Below, piece by piece: positions 17,974 through 26,615 of a stretch of DNA of 49,703 bases; position 1 is the first letter of the stretch; every line of letters begins with the position of its first letter. The translations under genes were made by a program, and so were the position numbers. The notes beneath the pieces are model-generated. The model ran no database searches and was not told the DNA's origin. It worked only from the letters and a program-made list of their open reading frames with translations. This stretch comes from an uncultured Eubacteriales bacterium (lineage in GTDB: Bacteria; Bacillota; Clostridia; Acetivibrionales; CAZANH01), in the NCBI GenBank assembly GCA_964486515.1, contig CAZANH010000229.1:1-49703 (forward strand), in the 5' to 3' direction.

Positions 17974-18198
17974 TTATCGCTTTTGCCATGTTTTATCTGC
18001 TTTTTCGAAAACCTCATTCAAGGACATATCTTTATAAATAGATTCTTGCACCTTAAGGTAATCTTCTCCATTACCGGAAGTTTCAAAATGCTTTATAAAT
18101 CTCAAAAAACCGGAATACCCTAGTTCTTTAATTAATGCTTTGGAACCTTTTTCAACAATTTCTTTGTCACTGTATTTTATAGTTTCATTCGATAACAT
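17974..18198 (-). CDS. small antitoxin-like partner of PIN-domain gene
   Basis: 74 aa (ALIKELGYSGFLRFIKHFETSGNGEDY...). Its start overlaps the end of the upstream PIN reading frame by 14 nt, which is typical toxin-antitoxin coupling. Confidence 0.55.
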   Translation of the reverse strand: MLSNETIKYSDKEIVEKGSKALIKELGYSGFLRFIKHFETSGNGEDYLKVQESIYKDMSLNEVFEKADKTWQKR

Positions 18199-18517
18199 TT
18201 ATTTTCAGCTCCTCTCTTAATAAATCAACAGGATTAAATAGTTTTGTATTTTTTATTATTTGTCCAACAGCACTCATGTTATTATTAATAGTCCTTATGA
18301 GATTATCATCACAAGTAATAAAATAATCACATTCAGCAAAAACTGCACTTGCAACATGCAAAGCATCTTTTGTTTTAGCATTCGACCCATCAATAATTTG
18401 CTGTGCAATTATTTTAATCTCAAAATTTGGCCCAATTTCTTGAGTACAAATGTTTGAGAGTAGCTTTATATAATTTCTTCTATTAACAAAAGGATTACTA
18501 TTGTTTTCGTCTTCAAG
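18185..18517 (-). pseudogene. 5'-truncated PIN-domain (VapC-like) toxin remnant
   Basis: My own minus-strand translation gives LEDENNSNPFVNRRNYIKLLSNICTQEIGPNFEIKIIAQQIIDGSNAKTKDALHVASAVFAECDYFITCDDNLIRT...LKINVIE*. It has the C-terminal PIN acidic motifs (DALHVA, FITCDD) but no start codon and no N-terminal ~50 residues. The frame runs straight into the repeat fragment at 18508-18542. Confidence 0.65.
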
Positions 18518-18542
18518 CTAAGAGGGGGCAGTGAATGGTAAC
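18508..18542 (-). repeat. solo terminal fragment (~35 bp) of the MITE-like repeat
   Basis: The reverse complement GTTACCATTCACTGCCCCCTCTTAGCTTGAAGA matches the first 33-34 nt of copies 12003 and 15507. Similarity stops abruptly at the PIN remnant. Confidence 0.8.
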
Positions 18543-18581
18543 ATTTACAAAAAACGAATTGAAGTATTTATATTATTTATA

Positions 18582-18640
18582 TAGAAAAATACAATTATTT
18601 ATGGTATATTATTAGCATACGATATTTTTAATATCGTATG
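18582..18640 (+). promoter_or_regulatory. candidate extended -10 promoter plus 10-bp inverted repeat upstream of the histidine kinase
   Basis: TAGAAA (18582-18587), a 17-nt spacer, then TGgTATATT (18602-18610). This is followed by CATACGATAT-TTTTA-ATATCGTATG (18616-18640). Confidence 0.35.
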
Positions 18641-18670
18641 GATAAAGAAAGTATATGAAAAATATTATGG

Positions 18671-20275
18671 TTGCTTAATATTTGTTTACAGGGGATGAGC
18701 TTTCTAAAAATGAAGCAACAACTGCACCATTTATCCCATATACCTTATATAGCTGTGAGGAAAGGTTACATATTTGATATAAACAGTTCATTTACAGACA
18801 TGGCGGGATATGTAACGGATGATTTTCTTCAAAAGCCTGTTAAAGAAGCATTGTACAAACTCCTTATGTCAAAAATGGATTTTAATAGATTTGTTAGTCC
18901 ACATGAATATCATGAAAAAGATTGTATCCTTTTTACAAAAACATATGATGTAAGAGTAGTGGATATAAGAAAAATAACAGAAGAAGAGACAGGCGATGAA
19001 TACTATATATTTTCAGAGAATGAATACTCAAGACCAAATGAAAGGTATCCATTCCTTAAGACCCTTATGCAGATTAATGAAAGTGGTATGGCAGTATTTT
19101 GCCCGTCAAGCCTGATGTTGTTAATGGCAAACAGGAAGTATTATGACCTTCTGGAAACACCCTATTTATATCCACAAAACACTATAGGACAAATTATATA
19201 TGATATTATTCCCGGCTGGGAGGGTAGTATTCTTGACGAATTATTCAAAAAAACAGTGATTGAGGAAAAACCGTCATTTTTAAGAGAAGTAAAACTTAAA
19301 GATTTTAAGAATGGTACAGTTTACTGGAATGTTATGTATATACCTTTGGTTGAGCATAAACATATGCTGTATTTGATATGTTCCATAAATGATATAACCG
19401 ACAGCATTATTGCAAGGAAAACAGTGAATGACATATCCATGACACTGAAAAAGCAAAGAATAGAATATGAGAGGCGGATTAGAGAAAAAGATGATTTTTT
19501 CTATTATATAACCCATGAGTTAAAAACACCGCTGACAATTATAAACGCTGCAGTTCAAGCGATTGAAACACTTTGTAAAGATGAAATGACATTAAAGATG
19601 AAAAAATTCGTATATCAGATAAAACAGAATTCTTTGCGACTGCTTCGCCATGTAAATAATCTACTCGATATCACAAAAGCTGAGGGTCAATACCTCAGAA
19701 TAAACAGTGAAAACATTGATGTTATGGAATTTACAGGTGCCATTTATGATTCTGTTTCACTTTATGCAAAAGTAAGGAAGGTAAACCTTGAATACAGTCC
19801 ACATGGTTCACACTGCCTGATTCGTATAGATGGAGAAAAATACGAGAGGATATTGTTAAATCTCCTTTCAAATTCTATAAAGTTTACGAATGAAGGGAAA
19901 AGTGTCAAGATTACACTTGAATGTAAGTATAATACTGTTTATCTAGAAGTAATAGATGAAGGGGTTGGCATACCATATGAAAAACATAATCATATCTTTG
20001 AAGCTTTTAAACAGGTGGAGAATAACCTGACACGTAATATTGAAGGTAGCGGGCTGGGTCTTTACCTTGTAAAGTTGCTGGTTAAAGCAATGGGTGGCAG
20101 TATATCCATAAGAAGTAAGGAAGGTGAAGGCAGTACATTCACAGTATTAATGCCATATGAAAACGTAAAAGATAATGTAAGGGAGGATTCCTTTTATAAA
20201 ACAGATGAAAAAAGGCTTATTAAAGCCACTGAAATAGAATTTTCCGATTTATATACACCTTTTCATGAAAATTAG
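18671..20275 (+). CDS. soluble PAS-domain sensor histidine kinase (orphan)
   Basis: Has an H-box (FFYYITHELKTPLTII), an N-box (LLNLLSNSIKFT) and G-boxes (DEGVGIP, GSGLGLYLVK). No TM segment is apparent and no response regulator is adjacent. The start is uncertain: TTG 18671, ATG 18695 or ATG 18710. Confidence 0.85.
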   Translation: MLNICLQGMSFLKMKQQLHHLSHIPYIAVRKGYIFDINSSFTDMAGYVTDDFLQKPVKEALYKLLMSKMDFNRFVSPHEYHEKDCILFTKTYDVRVVDIRKITEEETGDEYYIFSENEYSRPNERYPFLKTLMQINESGMAVFCPSSLMLLMANRKYYDLLETPYLYPQNTIGQIIYDIIPGWEGSILDELFKKTVIEEKPSFLREVKLKDFKNGTVYWNVMYIPLVEHKHMLYLICSINDITDSIIARKTVNDISMTLKKQRIEYERRIREKDDFFYYITHELKTPLTIINAAVQAIETLCKDEMTLKMKKFVYQIKQNSLRLLRHVNNLLDITKAEGQYLRINSENIDVMEFTGAIYDSVSLYAKVRKVNLEYSPHGSHCLIRIDGEKYERILLNLLSNSIKFTNEGKSVKITLECKYNTVYLEVIDEGVGIPYEKHNHIFEAFKQVENNLTRNIEGSGLGLYLVKLLVKAMGGSISIRSKEGEGSTFTVLMPYENVKDNVREDSFYKTDEKRLIKATEIEFSDLYTPFHEN

Positions 20276-20304
20276 AGTTAAAAAAAAGGGAGGTTGAAAA
20301 TAAT

Positions 20305-20418
20305 ATGAGTATGAATATGAATAGAAAAATTGTAAAATGGATTGCACTGATAACTGTAGCTGCTTTTTTAGCTACTTCAATCGGAGTGATTGGGTATTCG
20401 GTTTTTTCAGGGAGGTAA
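20305..20418 (+). CDS. small membrane protein (37 aa)
   Basis: My own translation gives MSMNMNRKIVKWIALITVAAFLATSIGVIGYSVFSGR. GGGAGG RBS lies upstream. Its last codons carry the RBS of the next gene. Confidence 0.5.
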   Translation: MSMNMNRKIVKWIALITVAAFLATSIGVIGYSVFSGR

Positions 20419-20424
20419 AAAACT

Positions 20425-21834
20425 ATGGGAACCATAAAAGCTGCGTATATTTTTCCTCATCCGCCTATAATTGTACCTGAGGTTGGAAGAGGCAATGAAC
20501 AAAAAGCAATAGGAACAATAGAGGCTGTAAAGAGAGCTTCAAAAGACATAAAGAATAATGTCCCGTCGACAATAATAATAACATCACCACATGCTCCCAT
20601 GTTCAGGGATTATATTTATATTTCTGATGCAGATAAATTAATTGGAGGACTTGAGAAATTTGGCAGCAGCAGTGTTAATTTAAGTTTCAAAAACAATACG
20701 AAACTTGTAAATAATATTATAAGATACGCAAGGGGTGAAGGCATTGCATGTGGAGGTCTTGACGAAAAGACGAGAAAAAGGTTTGATGTTTCGGAGGAAC
20801 TTGACCATGGTGCTGTTATACCGCTTTATTTTATAAAAAGGGAATACAGTAGTTTTCAAATTGTGCATATTTCTTCTTCCATGCTGCCACGCGATGAATT
20901 ATACAGGTTTGGTAATTGCATAGACAAAGCAGTTAAAGATTCAGAAGAAGAGATAGTATTCATAGCAAGCGGAGATTTGTCACACAGGCTGTCACATGAT
21001 GCTCCATATGGGTTCAGCCCACATGGCAGTGAATTTGATAATCTTTTGATAAAAAGCCTGACTGCATTTGATACTGAAACACTTATTAATATTGATGACG
21101 AATTGTGTGAAAGTGCAGCCCAATGTGGTTTAAACTCTTTTGTCATAATGCTTGGCGCATTGGACAGATATGATTATGAACCTGAAATATATTCCTATGA
21201 AGGCCCATTTGGGGTTGGTTATGCGGTAGCCGGTTTTAAAATAAAAAAAGATAAAGAAGGAGGCGAAATACTGAATAAAATAAAAAAATATAAAATTACG
21301 AAAACTGCAAAAGCAAGAAAGAACGAAGACAGTTATATGGCCATTGCAAGGCAGGCACTTGAAACATATATAAGGCAAAAAAGGACGATTGATTTACCAG
21401 AAGGTCTTCCCGAAGAAATGTTAACGGATAAGGCAGGTACATTTGTAACAATAAAAAAAGGAGGAAAACTAAGAGGTTGTATTGGAACTATATATCCTAA
21501 CCGTGATAACATAGCCCTTGAAATAATTAATAATGCAATAAGTTCAGGAACGAGAGATCCAAGGTTCCAACCGGTAAAGGAAAATGAACTTGAAAGCCTG
21601 GTTTATTCGGTAGATGTACTGAAGGAACCTGAACCTGTAAAGTCAATAGAAATGCTTGATGTTGTGAAGTATGGTGTAATTGTAAGGTCAGGCTTTCGTT
21701 CAGGGCTTCTGCTTCCAAATCTGGAAGGTGTGGATACTTCTGAGAAACAGGTGGAAATTGCACTTTCAAAAGCGGGAATTTCCCCGAATGAGAAGTATGA
21801 GATGAAGAGATTTGAGGTTGTACGCCATAAATGA
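20425..21834 (+). CDS. fusion of a LigB-type (class III extradiol dioxygenase/Memo-superfamily) domain and an AMMECR1 domain (AmmeMemoRadiSam system protein A/B fusion)
   Basis: The N-terminal half (AAYIFPHPPIIVPEVG...ITSPHAPM...SGDLSHRL) is LigB/Memo-like. A K-rich linker follows. The C-terminal half has the AMMECR1 signature GKLRGCIGT. Confidence 0.8.
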   Translation: MGTIKAAYIFPHPPIIVPEVGRGNEQKAIGTIEAVKRASKDIKNNVPSTIIITSPHAPMFRDYIYISDADKLIGGLEKFGSSSVNLSFKNNTKLVNNIIRYARGEGIACGGLDEKTRKRFDVSEELDHGAVIPLYFIKREYSSFQIVHISSSMLPRDELYRFGNCIDKAVKDSEEEIVFIASGDLSHRLSHDAPYGFSPHGSEFDNLLIKSLTAFDTETLINIDDELCESAAQCGLNSFVIMLGALDRYDYEPEIYSYEGPFGVGYAVAGFKIKKDKEGGEILNKIKKYKITKTAKARKNEDSYMAIARQALETYIRQKRTIDLPEGLPEEMLTDKAGTFVTIKKGGKLRGCIGTIYPNRDNIALEIINNAISSGTRDPRFQPVKENELESLVYSVDVLKEPEPVKSIEMLDVVKYGVIVRSGFRSGLLLPNLEGVDTSEKQVEIALSKAGISPNEKYEMKRFEVVRHK

Positions 21835-21867
21835 AATGAAATTAAAGAACCAAAAGGATGACAAATA

Positions 21868-22746
21868 ATGAAAGATAATGAGAAATACAAAGAGGCAAGG
21901 TATTATGATAAAAATCCTAATTTATCCGTAAAGTGTAATCTATGTCCGCATAAATGCATAATAAAACCAGGAGCGTCAGGAATATGCAGAGTGAGAAAAA
22001 ACATTGATGGAAAACTTTATACCCTTAATTATGGAAAAGTTACATCCATAGCACTTGATCCCATCGAAAAAAAACCCCTTTATCAATTTTACCCTGGTTC
22101 ATATATACTGTCATTGGGTACATTTGGTTGTAATTTTAAGTGTCCGTACTGCCAGAACTGGGAAATTGCACATGAGGAACCGGAATCATATGGTATTACT
22201 CCGGAAAAAGCAGTGTTAAAAGCAAAAGAATTTGTGGAAAAGGGTAGTATAGGACTGGCATATACTTATAATGAGCCGTCAATATGGTATGAGTTTGTAT
22301 ATGATACTGCTGTACTTGCAAAAGAAGAGGGACTTTCAAATGTCCTTGTAACAAACGGATATATTTCCCATAAGCCGCTTCAGGATATCTTGCCTTATAT
22401 TGATGCCTTTAATATTGACGTAAAAAGTTTTGATGAAGATTTTTATAAAAAAATTTGCAATGGTACTTTAGAAGATGTAAAAGAAACAGTTGAAATTGTT
22501 TCCAAAAGCTGTCATGTAGAACTTACAAGCCTGATTATACCTGGTTTGAATGACAGTATTTCAAATATTGAAAAAATGGCAAAATGGATTTATTCCATAT
22601 CTTCGGAAATACCACTTCACATAACAAGGTTTTTCCCACACTATAAAATGAACAATATACCTCCTACCCCTGTAGAAACACTAATAAAACTAAAAGATAC
22701 AGCTGGTAGATATCTTAAATATGTTTATGTGGGAAATGTAGCGTGA
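21868..22746 (+). CDS. AmmeMemoRadiSam system radical SAM enzyme
   Basis: 292 aa with the CNFKCPYCQNW (CX3CX2C) radical SAM cluster and N-terminal CNLCPHKC...C cysteines, a pyruvate formate-lyase activase-like layout. It lies directly downstream of the AMMECR1 fusion. Confidence 0.85.
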   Translation: MKDNEKYKEARYYDKNPNLSVKCNLCPHKCIIKPGASGICRVRKNIDGKLYTLNYGKVTSIALDPIEKKPLYQFYPGSYILSLGTFGCNFKCPYCQNWEIAHEEPESYGITPEKAVLKAKEFVEKGSIGLAYTYNEPSIWYEFVYDTAVLAKEEGLSNVLVTNGYISHKPLQDILPYIDAFNIDVKSFDEDFYKKICNGTLEDVKETVEIVSKSCHVELTSLIIPGLNDSISNIEKMAKWIYSISSEIPLHITRFFPHYKMNNIPPTPVETLIKLKDTAGRYLKYVYVGNVA

Positions 22747-22792
22747 ATAGTAACCGTGAAAATAAAAAAATAAAAAAAATTTTAAAAAACCC

Positions 22793-22821
22793 TTACATAT
22801 ATATAAAAAACAGGTTATAAT
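22793..22821 (+). promoter_or_regulatory. candidate sigma-A promoter of the cdaA operon
   Basis: TTACAT (22793-22798), a 17-nt spacer, then TATAAT (22816-22821), about 55 nt upstream of the cdaA start. Confidence 0.55.
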
Positions 22822-22875
22822 TTAAATATGACCTGATAATATAAACTTTTATATATAATTGAAGGGTGAGGTTAT

Positions 22876-23754
22876 TTGGATTTTCTTTACAACATTAATA
22901 TAAATGACTTATTTGAAAATTTTGTAGGATATCTGGGCTTTAACGGCAGTCCTGTTTCAATCATTCAGTCTGTTATAGACATAGGGATAGTATCCTATGT
23001 AATTTACAAGGTGATTGTTCTTGTGAGAGAAACAAGGGCATGGCAGCTTATAAAAGGTATTCTATTCATACTTGTTGCTTCTGAATTGAGCAAGTTTCTA
23101 GGTTTTAAAACGATTGCATATATACTGGGCAATACAATTTCAATAGCGGCAATCTCACTGGTCATACTGTTCCAGCCTGAACTGAGGAGAGGCCTTGAGC
23201 AAATAGGCAGAAGCAGGTTAAGAGATTTTTTTAATCCTGAAGAACAAAGTGAAAAGATATTAATAATAGCGGTAATAGAATCAATTGTAAAGGCATGTAC
23301 TGAGATGTCAAGAACATATACCGGGGCACTTATCATAATTGAAGGCGAGACAAGAGTAGGTGAAATAATAAATACGGGAACACAGATTGATTCTAATATT
23401 TCCGCCGAACTGATAATCAATATTTTTTCTCCAAATACCCCGCTTCATGACGGAGCTGTAATAATAAGAGGAAATAAGATAAAAGCAGCAGCTTGTTTTC
23501 TCCCTCTTACTGATAATATGAATCTTAGTAAAGAACTTGGGACAAGACACAGGGCTGCACTTGGCATTACTGAAATTTCCGATTCAATTGCAGTAGTTGT
23601 ATCAGAGGAATCCGGAAGGATATCATTTGCCTTGAATGGAGGGCTTACACGCAATTTAACGCCTGATACGCTTAGAAAGGCATTGACTAAGAATCTGATT
23701 GAAAAGAAAAACACCGCGAAAAAATTGGCTTTGTGGAAGGTGAAAGAAAAATGA
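22876..23754 (+). CDS. cdaA: diadenylate cyclase CdaA
   Basis: Has three N-terminal TM helices and a DAC domain with the motifs TPLHDGAVII and GTRHRAALGITE. TTG start with a GGGTGAGG RBS. Confidence 0.93.
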   Translation: MDFLYNININDLFENFVGYLGFNGSPVSIIQSVIDIGIVSYVIYKVIVLVRETRAWQLIKGILFILVASELSKFLGFKTIAYILGNTISIAAISLVILFQPELRRGLEQIGRSRLRDFFNPEEQSEKILIIAVIESIVKACTEMSRTYTGALIIIEGETRVGEIINTGTQIDSNISAELIINIFSPNTPLHDGAVIIRGNKIKAAACFLPLTDNMNLSKELGTRHRAALGITEISDSIAVVVSEESGRISFALNGGLTRNLTPDTLRKALTKNLIEKKNTAKKLALWKVKEK

Positions 23755-25037
23755 AAAATTGGTTTACAAAAAACCTTACTATAAAAATAATATCTGTTTT
23801 TTTGGCCATATTACTCTGGATTATTGTACTTAACAAAGATAATCCTTATGATACAATTGAAGTAACTATTCCGCTGAAGATAGAGAATATAGACTCGTTA
23901 AAGGAAAAGAGCCTTGTTTTGAAAAATGAGTATACGAAAAGCATAATTGTAAGAATCAGAGGGAGAAAAAGTGTTTTGAAAAGTATCAATGCCGAAGAAT
24001 TTACAGCCTTACTTGATTTTTCAAAGATAAAATCTGCTGCCGATACCATATTGAAGATAGATGGACCGTATTATAATATCAAAGATATTTCCATTATCAA
24101 TGTTTCTCCGAGAGATATTGAATTAAAATTGGAAAATATAATTGAGAAGGAATTTCCAATTGAATTTTCAATGGAAGGGGTACCTAAAAAAGGCTATTTG
24201 GTAGTGAGTTCCTCGTTTTCTCCTCAAAGTGTTTTAATAAAGGATGAGGAATCTTTGATAAATCAAGTGGGATCCGTAAAAACCGTGTATGATATTACGG
24301 ATATTGAAAGTGACATTGAGACAAGAACCGAATGTGTAATATATGACAAAAAGAGTGAAAAAATGGTTACCCTTGATAAGAATATAAGTATTGACATAAA
24401 GATAAATTTAGGGAAAGAGGTATCACTTGAACCGATTATCGAGGGAACTCCGTCCGAGGATTATGTATTTAAATCAAAGGAGGTTTTCCCATCTAAAGTA
24501 ATAATATCAGGGCCACATGAAATTATTTCAAAAATTAATGTACTTGAAACTGAGGCTGTTGATATTGAGGGTATAAGTGGTGATATAAGTGTTGAGAGCC
24601 CAATCAGAATTCCCGATGACGTGAAAATTGTAAATGGGAATAAGGAAGCTGATATTAATGTAACAGTTGAAAAGCTTGTGGTAAGGAACTTATCTGTTCC
24701 GCGTGAATATATAGGTGTCGAAACAGGTAATAACACCGATGATAATTTTGATTACAGCATACAAAACGATAATGTCCTGATAGTGTTGAAAGGGAGACAG
24801 GAAGACGTATCGGATGTAAGTATAAACAGCATAAATGCTTATGTGGATATTACAGGGCTGGGTGAGGGAATTCACAGCGTACCGCTTAATATAACTCTTC
24901 CGTATACGATAAAACAAATAGAAGATACAGAAGTGAATATAGAAATTAAAAATATCACAAATCCTCAGGAAACAGGAGGTGAAACATCTGTAACGGAAAC
25001 AACGGAAACAACTGAAGCAAGCGAAACCACGCAGTAA
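23751..25037 (+). CDS. cdaR: CdaR (YbbR-domain regulator of CdaA)
   Basis: Has an N-terminal TM segment and repeated YbbR-like beta domains. ATG 23751 overlaps the cdaA stop (ATGA). It holds the conserved position between cdaA and glmM. Confidence 0.85.
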   Translation: MKNWFTKNLTIKIISVFLAILLWIIVLNKDNPYDTIEVTIPLKIENIDSLKEKSLVLKNEYTKSIIVRIRGRKSVLKSINAEEFTALLDFSKIKSAADTILKIDGPYYNIKDISIINVSPRDIELKLENIIEKEFPIEFSMEGVPKKGYLVVSSSFSPQSVLIKDEESLINQVGSVKTVYDITDIESDIETRTECVIYDKKSEKMVTLDKNISIDIKINLGKEVSLEPIIEGTPSEDYVFKSKEVFPSKVIISGPHEIISKINVLETEAVDIEGISGDISVESPIRIPDDVKIVNGNKEADINVTVEKLVVRNLSVPREYIGVETGNNTDDNFDYSIQNDNVLIVLKGRQEDVSDVSINSINAYVDITGLGEGIHSVPLNITLPYTIKQIEDTEVNIEIKNITNPQETGGETSVTETTETTEASETTQ

Positions 25038-25153
25038 ACAATTTTAACCAACAGGATAAACGGAGAGTAACTAAATTATGGTTTAAAATCATATTTATAT
25101 ATGGAATGTATTTAGGATTGGCAAATATTTAAATGGGGAGGTCGAAACATAAG

Positions 25154-26518
25154 ATGGGGCAGTTATTATTTGGAACTGATGGGGTAAGAGGAATTGCAAA
25201 TGAAGAATTAACGGCAGAACTGACATATAAGCTTGGACAGGCGGGAGCTTATGTACTTGCAGGAGAGACAAAACATGTACCGAGAATACTCGTAGGTATG
25301 GATACAAGAATTTCCGGGCATATGCTTGAAGCATCCCTTGTATCAGGAATATGTTCCGTAGGGGCAAAAGCTGTTTGCCTGGGAGTTGTTCCAACGCCCG
25401 GTGTTGCTTATCTCACAAAATTATATAAGGCAGATGCCGGAATTGCAATATCAGCTTCACACAACCCATTTCAGTTTAACGGTATAAAATTTTTTAATTC
25501 AAAAGGATATAAACTGAATGATTCAATAGAAGAGAAAATAGAATCAATTGTATTGGAAAAAAACTATCTGTTTCCCAGGCCTACAGGGGGAAAAATAGGA
25601 ATCAGGGAAGAAGGCAGTAACGCAAAATGGGATTATGCCGCATTCCTTGAATCAATGTTTGAGGGCAGCCTTGATGGGATAAGAATTGCTATTGACTGTG
25701 CAAACGGTGCTTCATATGAGATAGCGCCCTACCTATTTGAAAGGCTTGGAGCGGATGTGTCTGTTATAAATAATAACCCTGACGGAATTAATATAAATGA
25801 TGGATGCGGCTCTACGCATTTAAAGAGTATCAGTAAATTTGTAAAGGAGAGTGGGGCAGATATAGGTCTTGCTTTTGACGGAGATGCGGATAGATTGATG
25901 GCGGTGGATGAAAAGGGGAATATAGTTGACGGTGACCGAATTATGGCAATTATAGCAATTGAACTTAAAAAGGCCAGGAAACTTAAGGGGGATACAATTG
26001 TAGCAACAGTTATGAGCAATATGGGACTCGATGTAATGGCAAAAAAAGAGGGCATCAATGTTGCAAAGACAAAAGTAGGAGACAGATATGTACTTGAAGA
26101 AATGATGAACAGTGGATTTTCTTTCGGAGGAGAACAATCGGGTCATATTATTTTCCTGGAACATAGTACGACAGGAGATGGAATTCTTACAGCCTTGAAA
26201 CTTTTAATGGCTATGAAAAACAGCGGTAAAAAGATTTCCGATCTTGCAAGGGTAATGGAGGTCTTTCCACAGGTACTTAAAAATGCAAAAGTGAATAATG
26301 GGGAAAAACATAAGTATCTTCAAGATGTGGAGATTTCAAGCATGTGCAGGAAGCTTGAAAAAGAGTTCAATGGAGAAGGGCGTGTGCTGATAAGGCCTTC
26401 AGGTACGGAGCCACTTATAAGGGTTATGATTGAGGGAAAAGACCTGAATTATATTACAAGGAAAGCAACAGAGCTTGTTGAGTTAATTGAAGTAAAGTTT
26501 GGTGGTATCACGGCTTAA
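25154..26518 (+). CDS. glmM: phosphoglucosamine mutase
   Basis: Has LFGTDGVRG, the active-site SASHNP, and the DGDADR and GEQSGH motifs. ATG 25154 follows GGGAGG at 12 nt. Confidence 0.95.
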   Translation: MGQLLFGTDGVRGIANEELTAELTYKLGQAGAYVLAGETKHVPRILVGMDTRISGHMLEASLVSGICSVGAKAVCLGVVPTPGVAYLTKLYKADAGIAISASHNPFQFNGIKFFNSKGYKLNDSIEEKIESIVLEKNYLFPRPTGGKIGIREEGSNAKWDYAAFLESMFEGSLDGIRIAIDCANGASYEIAPYLFERLGADVSVINNNPDGININDGCGSTHLKSISKFVKESGADIGLAFDGDADRLMAVDEKGNIVDGDRIMAIIAIELKKARKLKGDTIVATVMSNMGLDVMAKKEGINVAKTKVGDRYVLEEMMNSGFSFGGEQSGHIIFLEHSTTGDGILTALKLLMAMKNSGKKISDLARVMEVFPQVLKNAKVNNGEKHKYLQDVEISSMCRKLEKEFNGEGRVLIRPSGTEPLIRVMIEGKDLNYITRKATELVELIEVKFGGITA

Positions 26519-26615
26519 GACTATAAATCGTACCGCAGTCTCCGGCTGCAACTAAAAAGGTATGTATCCGGTTTTATTCGTTAACTTTTTATAGATTTTT
26601 GAAGGGAGTATTAAC

